Shown piece after piece: positions 24,304 through 34,459 of a stretch of DNA of 64,000 nt. The translations under genes and the position numbers were made by a program. Source of the stretch: Raillietiella orientalis (lineage: Eukaryota); NCBI GenBank assembly GCA_036172245.1, contig JAYWIR010000067.1:434001-498000 (forward strand), written 5' to 3'. Every line of letters starts with the position of its first letter. Within the stretch, counting starts at the first letter, position 1. Under the pieces are notes generated by a model that made no database searches, was not told the DNA's origin, and saw nothing but the letters and a program-made list of their open reading frames with translations.

Positions 24304-27300
24304 TCGGCGGCGCTGCCGGAGCGGAGTCGTGCTGTCGCGCTTGGCGGCGTGCGTCTTGTGCTCGGAGGAAGGAAGCGGAGCTCGGAGCGGCGCCCAAGGT
24401 GTGGATGCAGGGACAAATGCAGAAGATCCGTCGTGGCGTGACCTTTCCGCTCACTTTGTTGCTTTCATTCGTGGTGGTCGTTGCGTTAGGGTTGGATGGC
24501 GTGGGGCAGACGTGTACGGAACCGCGTGCGGCCTTGTGTGGGTGTAGGCGTAGCTGGAGGGCGTGGGAGCAGCTGCCGTCGGGGGCGGAGGAAGGGAGTC
24601 AGAGTGCGGGCTGCTGCGTGCTCGCGGTCTCTCTGATGAGACGGCCGCCGTGGATGCTGGCTACTGGCAACAAGGGGGATGGGATGGCTGGCTGACCCGG
24701 TTGGTGGGGCGTGTCGCGTGCTCGGGTGCGGAGGGTTCGGTCGCGTTCGCGGAAGTTGGAGGGGTCACCATCGACGGCCGTGCCTGGTGATGGTCAGGTC
24801 GTGAGGTCTGAGGTGGTGCGGCTGCAGGCGTTGGCTCTCCGTCAGGGAGGACGCGTTCGGTGCGGTATGAGGTGAGGGCGAGAGGGCTTGACCCGGTTTG
24901 CTTGGGTCGCCTCGGTTTTGTTCGTTCTGCTCTGCTGTGTGCCTGCTCCTGCGGGCGGTGGCTTTGCGGGTTCGTCGAGCCGGAGGTCGTTTGTCCGCGA
25001 AGCGCGAGGGTCGCGCTGTCGACCGAAGGGCCGTGCGCTGACTGTGTTGGCGGTCGTCGGGTCGGGAGAGGTCGACGTCCGTGCTGATCCGGGTGGTCGG
25101 AGGGAAGGAGTAGGCGTGTCCGCAGGTGGACGCCGGAGAAGGTGGGCTTCGCCTTGGTGTCGGGGGGGGGGGGAGGCGTGCAGTTCCGCGTGGATTCCTG
25201 CCGTGGTCATCCTGAGTTGATGCGGAGTGGTCCGGTATCGCACGCGCTGCTTGAGCGATGATTGCGTGCGTAATAAGGGGCGAAGGTTCGGCCCCGGAAG
25301 GGTGAGCGGGCGGCGGCTGACCGCCTCTCTCTTGCAGCTGTCCGCTCTGGACGAAGCGTTGCGGACGCGCCGGTTCTTCGTGTTGCGCTCCCGCGGCGAG
25401 GGCGAGCGCGTGTCGTCCGGGGCGTGGCCAGCGCTGCAAAGGTTCTTCCGGGATGCTCCGTGGACTCTGCCGGCGGCATTGATCGGTCGGCGCTCGAGCG
25501 CTCGCGCTCGGTGACGTGGGTTTACCTGCAGCCGCTCGCTCGGCCTGGAAGCGCGCCGACTTTCCCTCTCGGAGACGCTCGCCTCCAGCCCTTGCGGAAG
25601 TCGTTAGGCGCAGCCCGGCTGGCATCTCCCGTGGCAGCGGTGCCGCCGGTGCTTGGACGGTTGCGTGGCTTATCGGGGAGGCGCGTGACGCAGCGTAGGC
25701 GTCGGGGGTCAGTGGAGGGGAAGTGCGCCGCGAACAGCTGGCGAGGGCGCTGTTCTACGCCCCGCCGCCGTGGCCCGTGCGGCTCAGCCACGGGGCGATT
25801 GTGGCGCTACCCGTTGGCCGTGCTTCCTTGGGTCGTCTCTCTTTCTGTCCTCCTGCCGCCCCTCGGTGTGTGGGCTTGGGCCGGTACTCGGCGCTTCGTC
25901 CGCAGCCCACCGGTATCCTGTTGCCAGGCTGCTGCGCGTGGCTGCTCGCTCCGCTGGCGGCGCGCACCTGGTGTTTCCTGGATGCACCCGAATTCTTCTC
26001 CGATGTGAGTGAGTTCGTCTGCACGTCTCCCGGACTGCTGAGTTGCTTCCTTGGTGATCGTTTGTCGGATTGCGGGAGGGCAGGGAGGCCGGCGAGGAGC
26101 TCTCGCCTCTGGCAGCGAATGGGGGAGCCGATTGTCGGCTGCGCTCGCGTCGCCCGGGTGAGCCTGCGGCTGGAGTGCGTCTAGGAAGTGTGGTCGCAGG
26201 AAGGCCGCTTGCAAGCTGACGTGCCGTTGGCTGAGGTCCCTGGGGAGCGTCGCGGACAGCGCAGGCGCGGCGTGCTGCTCCCTGCGTTCTCGGGGAAAGT
26301 CGTTCGAATGCTGGCGTGTGCTCGGCGGCGGCCCGCGTTGTTTGCGCGTTCCAAGGATGACGGAGGGTGTCTACGCTTCGTGGTCGCTGGGGTGCACCAC
26401 GGTGGGTTGCGAAGTGGTGGATCGTTGCTGCGCTCGGGGCGTCGGCGAGGCGGGTGTCGGACGAACGCGAAGCTGCGTTAGGTGACCAGCGTGTCGATGA
26501 CTCGCGTTTCGTTGCGCGCTACGTGGTGAGCGGACGGAAAGTCTGGAAGGGAATGGCCGGGTGCTCGGACGGTCGTGTGGGTTTTGGATGGTGTCGGCGG
26601 GTGTGATGCTGAATGGGTTTCCGTCCGAGGAAGGAAACCGTTGGCGGAGGGTCTTGTGGAGTTGTGGAGTTTGCGCGAGTGGTCTTGTCGGTCTTGAGGA
26701 GGCTAGCAGCTCGTCACATGAGCGAAGGCGGTGGTGGCGCGACGTGGACGGTGTTGCTGTATGCGCCCGAGAAGGCTCCGCGGAGCGGTGCCAACACCCA
26801 GCTCCGGGGTGGTCCGATGGGCGTGGGCTGGCCCGTGTGGCCTCGGGGCTCTCGGAGGACTGGGGTAGGCAAGTGCTCCGCCTCGTCGAGTCTGGAGAAA
26901 GAGCGCTTCTGTGGAACGCCACTGGGGGCGCGCTGCGTGGCTTCCGGCGGCGGTGCGTTGTATGGACGTTGGGCGGGCCGAGGCGGCGTGTTGGACGTTG
27001 CGTCGCATGTTCGCCGGGCAGTTCTTGCGGATTCGTCGGGCTGCTGGGCGATGCGCTGCTGGTAGGGCGACGCTGCCGGCAGTTCGATCGGTCCCGTCCG
27101 ATCCCGGTGTTCATTCTGCTTGACAGGACCCTCCGTGGGAGGCTTTCGGTAGGGCGCCGCGGAGCCGTGGAGGGCCTCACCGACTGCCGGCTGGCGGTGC
27201 CTCTTGGCGGGTGCAGGGGTGGCTTCAAGGGCGGGTAATTCTCGCCTACGAATGCGGGTGATTCCCGAGGGGGACCGCCCTGGAGTCCATTGAGCAGGGA

Positions 27301-30300
27301 CAGGAGACGCCGCGGGCGTGTTGCTGCGAGGAGCGGGCCATGGGTCCGTGACAAAGGTCTGAAAGGGTATTTGCGCCAGGTGGACGCGAACTTTTGGTAG
27401 GTCCGCCTATGGGAGCCAGGGCGTCGATCGTCCTCCAGGACAAGCGCGAGTCAGCGGGGCAACAGGAGCGGGTCGATTTCTCAGGGAGAGGCAGCTCGCG
27501 GGCAGGACGTGGGCACGCGCTGCTCCAGGGGTCGGTAGCATGTCCTGCGGGGGAAGAGCGTGCTCCTCGCTGGCCACTTGACGACCGTGGTTGGGGCTGC
27601 CAGCGGGCAGGTGGCATGGCGGCGCTACCGTCCACGTGCTGGACGAGCAGCCTCGCGGCCTGCTTCTGCGTCCTTGGGGGAAGGAGGCGCCAGTGCGGCC
27701 GGGGGACGTCGGGGTCTCCTGTGGGGCAGAAGGTTGTCCCATCGGGAAAACGGGAAGCCTCCTGTCAGAGACGGTCGCTGGAGGTGCGCGTCCGAATCAA
27801 CAGGGATCCCGCAGCTCTCCTCGCGCGGCGGCTTCCTCGTGAGAGCGGGTGAACTCCAGTCGGGGGATTCTGAATCACGTTCGCAGTGCGCATGCTCCCT
27901 CGCGTACGGCCTTCGCTCGAGAGTATGAGGTCGTTGACGAGGGTTCCTCCTCCCATGCCTCCAGCAGTCGATCTCCCAGATGAGGTCCAGATCTGTGCAG
28001 GCGAGCACGGGGCTCGCTCACCGTTTCGTTGCAGATGCTGTGCGTGCATCCCTCGCTCGTGGACCTCGCTTCCTCGTGGCTCGAGGAAGCGAGGATGACC
28101 CCTGACGACGGTGCCGTCCGACGGGCTCTCCTGGTGGGGAGTCCGCGCTTGCTGCCCTTCGTTCGTCTTTCCTCCTCCAGCAGGTCAACGGTGGAATCGC
28201 AGAGACAGGTGGCGTCCACCGCTCCTGGTCTTCCTGGATCCCAAATGCTGGACCACCTCTTTTGCGTGCGTGGACTGCTGAGGGGCCTCCAGCTGCTTCT
28301 TTTCTCGGGGTTTCCCTCTTTTGGTTCCCGTGCGCTTCAGCGTCTTCGTGCCTTCGTGTGGATGGTCGCTTTGCGGCTGCGGTGGAGCGCTTGGTCGGTG
28401 GACAGCTGCCACTCACCGCGCAGCTGTCACGTACCGGTCTGCTCGTTCGGCGGTGGAGCGTTGCTCGTGCACTCGCATGGACGTGAGTCCCCGTCCGCGT
28501 GACTGCGGAACGCAGGCGAGAGTGAGCGCAGGGGGTGACCTTCCCGAGTGAGGGCATGTGGTCGCACCCCCATGCGGTGGCTTGGGACCGTCTTCCGGCT
28601 CATTCTCCCTTCCACGCAGCATCCCAGTTCGGAATTCTGTGTTCCCGGCATGGGCGCGTCTTCCCGCTGTCCACGTTTTCCTGACCCGGTCGTCATTGCC
28701 GGGTGGCGCGGGTGCGCATCCCGGTGCGCCCACGTTGGTGCTCTCGGTCAGCGTCCGTACCGTGCCGCTGGCTCCGGCGAGGTGGACAAGGCAATGCCTG
28801 AGGCAAAATCGCCGGCCTCATGCGGCATAGCGGGGAGCGCGGGACCTCCGCCGGCGCAGTAAGCGTTTGCAGAATTGTCGGTCGCCACCGATGAGACGGG
28901 ACCGATCCTGTCCGGACCCTGAAGGTCGTTGCTAACGCCCTGCTTCCGTCCCCAGGGATCTTGCCAAGGCTGTTGTTCTTGTGCGTCCTGTTGTGGAGAT
29001 GTTGCACCGCGCGTCTGCCGCTCCGGTCGCGGTCCTTTTGCGTCCGATGCGATGCAGTCGCTGCGTCTTGCGTCGGCCATTGGGTGGACCGGTTTCTTGC
29101 TCTCCGTCGTCATGGGCTGTCTCGCCTGCAGGGCTGCTTCCGATTGGGCAGCTCGTCCTGGAGACTCGCCCAGCGGATATCCTCCGCTGCTCTCTGGGAC
29201 CTGTGCTGCTCTCCTGCAGGGTTGTCTCGATTGTCGTTTCCCGTTCCAGTCGGCGCCATTTTCTCTGCCTCCTCGGCACCTGGTTCTTCATGGCCTGGAT
29301 TTTCATTCCTTCGCGTTCGCAGTTTCCCACGCGTCCTCTCGCTCTACCATGGATCACGCGGGCGGTTCACTCCATCACTATCCGGACTGCTCTTCCGGTT
29401 GTAGACGGTCGTCTTCTCTCGCGAGTGACGTCGCTGTGATATTTGGAAGATTTGACAAGATGGTGTTTTCCGCAGGGTGATCTCGTGTTTAACGTATCGT
29501 CTGTATTTCTGCATTGGTTTTGGGTGATTTTTCAGTGCCCTCGAACATTTCCGCTGACATCACTGTCCTTATCTCGTTTTCGCTCCGGTTCGCAGCATCA
29601 TTGCATTGATCTATGAGATGACTGCCATGAAGTATCAGAAGTGGCCTACAGAAAAAGAAGGAAAATACAATTTTCATCACCTGACTCATGAGTCTTTTTA
29701 GTAATCCAGGAAGTCTTGCGCTCTGCACATTTCCCTCAGTGCCTCCATTGACTTCACTCTCGCTTTCCCGTTTCCCGTCTGTCATGCCACTCCCTCACGA
29801 TTCGTCACAATTGATCTCACTCTTTTCCTTGTCCCCCCTTTTCACACTGGAGAATCAGTACAGCTCTATCCCTGCCGTTATAAGACCCCAGGACCATCAG
29901 CTGACGGAACACCACCACACATTCACAGCCATCATCTCTGCCCGTTCACCCACTTCTCGTTATCATGTTTTTTACGGACCTTCATCGACCTCGTTCCTTG
30001 CATCCCCATCGTGCTCCTTGGATTCCCCGTATCTTTCACCGAAGCTCTGTTCCCTTCGCCTGGATCCTTGTGCTAAAAAGTGACAACCCAACAGCCATTT
30101 TCCTTTCATCCGCACGGGCCCTGATGTGTCCCTTATGCCCACCACTGTCTCCACGAAACTTCTCCCTAGCCTGTTCTTCCTACAAACCCTCTCAACCAGT
30201 ACTCTTGACCTTACGTGACATATTCAATAGACTTCTCTGCGGCAAAGATCTGAAACATAGATTCCCGCTCCTGGCTCTCCCTCCAGTAGGAATAATAAAC

Positions 30301-31997
30301 ACATTCCGACTTTTCATGATGACACTGTTACTTTCAAGAATCTTCTTGCTTGCCTTTTGATCCTTTTTTCTTTCCAGACTGAGAGGTCGACCCGTCGGTT
30401 GACCTCTCTTGGCTTTCTTCCCACATCATGCAATCATCCTCCATGGTGGTCCCACCTGACCATGTTTTCCTTCTTAGCTCTGGCATTACGTTGTTGGTTT
30501 ACAGAGAAACCTGCAGCAGCTTTGATATGATTGCTGGTCGAAAGGTGGTTAAGGAGAGTGTGGCAATGAAGCTTGGTCAGTTTGAATGATGAGCTACGTG
30601 TGCTCCGATCGGGCCGACGAAGGAAACCCGATGAGCGATGGATGGAATGAAGGGCGTGTTATGTACTGGAGAGGTGGTTAGTGGTGTGGACAAAGGGCGT
30701 ACTTTCTACATGCATTTGAGGCAATTTGTGGTCTCCGATCCGATTTCATGGTGTTTCATTTTATTCCGTGCTTCATGAAGTAACGGATCGGAAAATAAAC
30801 CCACATACGGTTGTTTGGGTTAGGTGAAAAGCCCCACAGGTTCTCGAGAAATGAAAGTTTCCAATTTAAATTGATTAGCGTCTCTAGAAAATGGGCATAG
30901 GGATCATGCTTATTTCAATCTTTGGTGGGTGGGATGATGAATGGAATCGTTTGACGAGTAGAATGGAATACTTACGATTTCAAGGAGCCCATGTTTCCTC
31001 CATATTTGCACATACATTCACTATAAGGGAAGGGAATTCTGCAATGACTAATATCATATAGCATGGGCATACGTTTTGAGTCAATTTGTCCCATTTGTGG
31101 TTCTGTTATGAGCGATCGACGGATGGGAATTTGGCATCCGTAGGGAAATTTTACGTAGATTAGTAGGTGGATGTGGGCAAGTGGAATGGGAGACGTCGAA
31201 ACTGACTGTGCCATACCGGCGCCATGGAACGACATTCAGTTATTCGGAAATCCAGTGAACGCCTCAAGTAATCATCTTAAGGTTAGCAAGGAATAAGTGT
31301 TATTGAGGAGTTCAGGCACGCATGCTTAGTGTGAAGAGGTCAAGAGGAGTAAAAGTAAGATGATGATGGCTGTGTAATCTTGCCTTTTGTCCTTTCATTC
31401 GATATCGAAGATGAAGAGTGCGGAGACGCGAGCTTCAGATTTAGAATCCACATTCGAATGCTTCTGATGAAGCATTGTATCTGAATGATGACATATGGAT
31501 AATTGGAAGCAGAAGTGGAAGGATTCTTTGATTTCTATCCGAAAAGAACCGGAACGGTAGTAACAACTACGTTAGAATTAAAGTTCTTCCATCATATGTC
31601 GCAAAGTTAACGGATCGTGCACTCATTTCTGTGAGGGTCTTTCTGGCTCATGGGAAGCAAAGCTCGAAAATGCTGAGGGGATTATGAGGGGGGAAAAAGT
31701 GAAAGTGTTCTGCTTGTTTGGAAGAAATTAAATTGAAAGTTGGAACAAAATCACGGTTAAGAACAGACGTTATATGTCACCATCATTTCATTTCAGTAGA
31801 AAGAATGAGGGATAGGTCCAAAACCGAACGTACAACGGGTAATTTCAAGGGATCTCCTTGGGGTAGTGTGGGTTTCCAGTGAGCAAATTACTTGCGATTT
31901 CTCAGTTATTGGAAGTCACTCGAGCCATACATACAAAGAATGATCGTAAGCGTACTGTTAGAAAAGAGGAAACAGCCAAATTGTAGCAAAAAGGAGA

Positions 31998-32044
31998 ATT
32001 CGAAAGAAAGATGGTTGTCAACGGCAACCATCTTTCTTTCGAAT
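31998..32044. repeat. Perfect 20-bp inverted repeat (hairpin) with a 7-nt spacer
   Basis: ATTCGAAAGAAAGATGGTTG (31998-32017) and CAACCATCTTTCTTTCGAAT (32025-32044). Confidence 0.95.
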
Positions 32045-32692
32045 AATGGTTGAGACTAATGGCTTGGAATAAATAAAGAATATAATTCAGACCAGCAACT
32101 ACATAAATTCCACAAAATGCTACGGTAAAAAACTAAAGCCGAGTTCATTTCAAATGATATATTCAGTTACTGTTATGAAGGAGTCGTGGGGGAGTTGAAT
32201 GGGTCCGTACCGTTGTTCGAGCATTGTCCCCCGAAGAACCTCTGTTTGTTTCAAAGAGACAAACGCTGGTTGAAAAGAAGGAAGACAGCATCGATTTTAT
32301 TTCCAAAAAATGGTTCACAAGTGAAGACCGCAGGCTTACGTCATGATTTTGCGGTTTGGTTAGGGCTGTGTCCACAGGAGACTTACATCAGTATTACTAG
32401 GAATGACAGATGAAATGTGCAGGAAGCCTACATCACTAAATATTTGTACAGGAGGCTTACATCCCCATTACTAGGACTTTTGAATTTTCAAGTGAATCAG
32501 GATTTAATCAGGATTTTTGAAGTGGTATGTCGAGCATCACAGAGTTATTGATCGGTAGGAGATTTTGTAGAGAGCCAGTTCCACGAGATGAAGTGAAGTG
32601 CTGTCCATCTTGATGTTAATCTGAACGCTCGAGATTCCACGAAAGTAGCCTCCCCTTCTACGACATTAGCTCAGCTTCTAATTCTGAGTCCT

Positions 32693-33697
32693 TCAAGAGT
32701 CACCGTGAGAATCCACACCCCGCACCATCTGCTTGTGCTGGTCACCACTCGAGGATGAGATTTGTGGCAGTGGTGACACTGTTCTCCAGTTGCTCAGTAA
32801 GTTGGCTTCCAGAATCCAGAAAGTGCATTGATTGGGCCTGTCTCCGAAGTGATTTAGCAAGCGCAGCGTCGAGTCATCGCTGCCTGGCGCCATGCACTTC
32901 AACTGCTCCAACTTGTCAGAGGACACCATGAGCTTAGCAAAAGTGTCAGCATCGAAAACTCTCGGCTCTAAGACTTCTGAATGGTCCTCAAACCACTTCC
33001 TGAACTGATCATACTCGGCCTTAATTTCGCCTTCTGTTTTGTCAGGTTTTGGTGGCTTCTTTTTGGGTACCCCGATTCCCTCTGCTTCTCTCGCTTCGTA
33101 CGGATCTTCACCAAATACAGTCTTCCTCATACCAGTCTTGAGCACTTCATTGTAATCGGTCAAAGCGGTTGTAAAGGATGACAATGATCTCGAATTAAGG
33201 GAGATGGTCTCGCACAGCACCTTGGTCTGCTCGTTGCATTCTCTTAATTGCTTCTTCAGAGCGTCAGCGGAACTCTCAAGAAAACTCAAGCCTTTACGGA
33301 GTTCAGTTCTAGCCATCCGAAACAAATTTGAAATTTTTGAAATCTTCCGTGTCAGCTGACGAATGGCATCACTTAGATCGTCATCCCGTCGATGTGAGAG
33401 GTTGCTGTTTCCCGGAGCGGAGCTCCTGGTGCTAGCCATTTTCTGTTCCCCCTGGATTACGGTGGGTTCCCCATCGGCTGCAATTAGCGACACAGCCTCG
33501 GCCATTTGTGCGTCGCATCTCACGAGACAGCCTGATTTGTCGAGCTGTTCAAACCCACCGTCCGATATGCAGTCCTCAAAAGCATCGTCCGAGGAATCCT
33601 TATGTAAGGTTTGGTGTTCATAAACCGGACTTCTGGCACCACCGCTCGTGTCCGTCAAGTGGTTGTTTCCAGTTTCGCGTTTGCTTCCCGACTCCAT
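32693..33697 (-). CDS. Intronless orphan ORF (~334 aa from ATG 33697) with an acidic/Ser-rich N-terminus and central coiled coil; possible endogenous viral phosphoprotein-like gene
   Basis: Long ORF in moderate-GC DNA with protein-like composition and a heptad-rich segment (LSDAIRQLTRKISKISNLF...ALKKQLRECNEQTKVL). No recognised family; viral origin is inference only. Confidence 0.5.
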   Translation of the reverse strand: MESGSKRETGNNHLTDTSGGARSPVYEHQTLHKDSSDDAFEDCISDGGFEQLDKSGCLVRCDAQMAEAVSLIAADGEPTVIQGEQKMASTRSSAPGNSNLSHRRDDDLSDAIRQLTRKISKISNLFRMARTELRKGLSFLESSADALKKQLRECNEQTKVLCETISLNSRSLSSFTTALTDYNEVLKTGMRKTVFGEDPYEAREAEGIGVPKKKPPKPDKTEGEIKAEYDQFRKWFEDHSEVLEPRVFDADTFAKLMVSSDKLEQLKCMAPGSDDSTLRLLNHFGDRPNQCTFWILEANLLSNWRTVSPLPQISSSSGDQHKQMVRGVDSHGDS

Positions 33698-33726
33698 CTG
33701 ATCCTTCCCCAAGGAATCGGGGCCCA

Positions 33727-34119
33727 CTAATTCATTATTAATGGAATCTTGACGAGTTTGCTTGATCTCTCGGATCCTTGTTTGATTCGACTCGGAGAAG
33801 AACTTTCACCTGAGCGTGGTACTGATGACTCGTCTACTGACCCATGAAATGTCTTACCCTTACCTCTAAGAGTCTTGGAAGCGTGTTTTCTTCTAGCAGT
33901 TCGGTACTTTACGGCTGTGCTGTTGAGTACTTTGATGACCCTTGTGGTCTGAGGTGAGGTTTCGAAACAACAAGACTCACATCGCTTCCCGGAGCGATGT
34001 AGCTCGGTTTCGACGTTTAGTGTTTGGTTCCACTTATTTTGTAAGAGGTCACCGAATATCGTACCACAGGTTTCAATTTTTTCTTCGACCAACTCTCTCT
34101 ACAGTTTGACTTTGGTCAT
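33727..34119 (-). pseudogene. Small orphan ORF (~130 codons, one early TAG) immediately upstream of the coiled-coil ORF
   Basis: ATG ACC AAA GTC AAA CTG TAG AGA GAG TTG... is in frame with the 121-aa ORF. It has a CESCC cluster and a basic/Ser-rich C-terminal half. Confidence 0.35.
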
Positions 34120-34459
34120 TCGGGTCGATCGAGAACTTACGGCTGTGCACGAGCGGAGGCGTCGTGCAGTAGGAGCCGTAACCAGGTTACATGGGCAACT
34201 GAGAAAAATAGAAAGCGCTCGTAGTTTAAAATACGGCTTTAGGTGAACATTGTCAAGGTCAGAGGCGTAGCCAAGGCTACGGACTCTAGCGATATCCGCC
34301 GCATGACCTGCGGCACTTGCATTTCGGGTGTGTGCTATTTCTTCTTCTTTTTCTCCCTCGAAAAGAAGAACAAAGAGCAGGCAGTATGGATAAGCAGGTC
34401 CTCTATGACTACCGACTCGCAGACCGGCTGCGCGTAAGGGCAGGTAGGGTGTAGGAGGG

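Noticed and set aside
13900..29400. Bacterial contamination or horizontal transfer as the source of the GC-rich block
   Set aside because: The block encodes eukaryote-specific DCAF1 and ANAPC5, the latter with spliceosomal introns.
32375..32480. Repeat-spacer pattern as a CRISPR-like array
   Set aside because: Only three degenerate units with irregular spacing, in a eukaryotic context with no cas genes.
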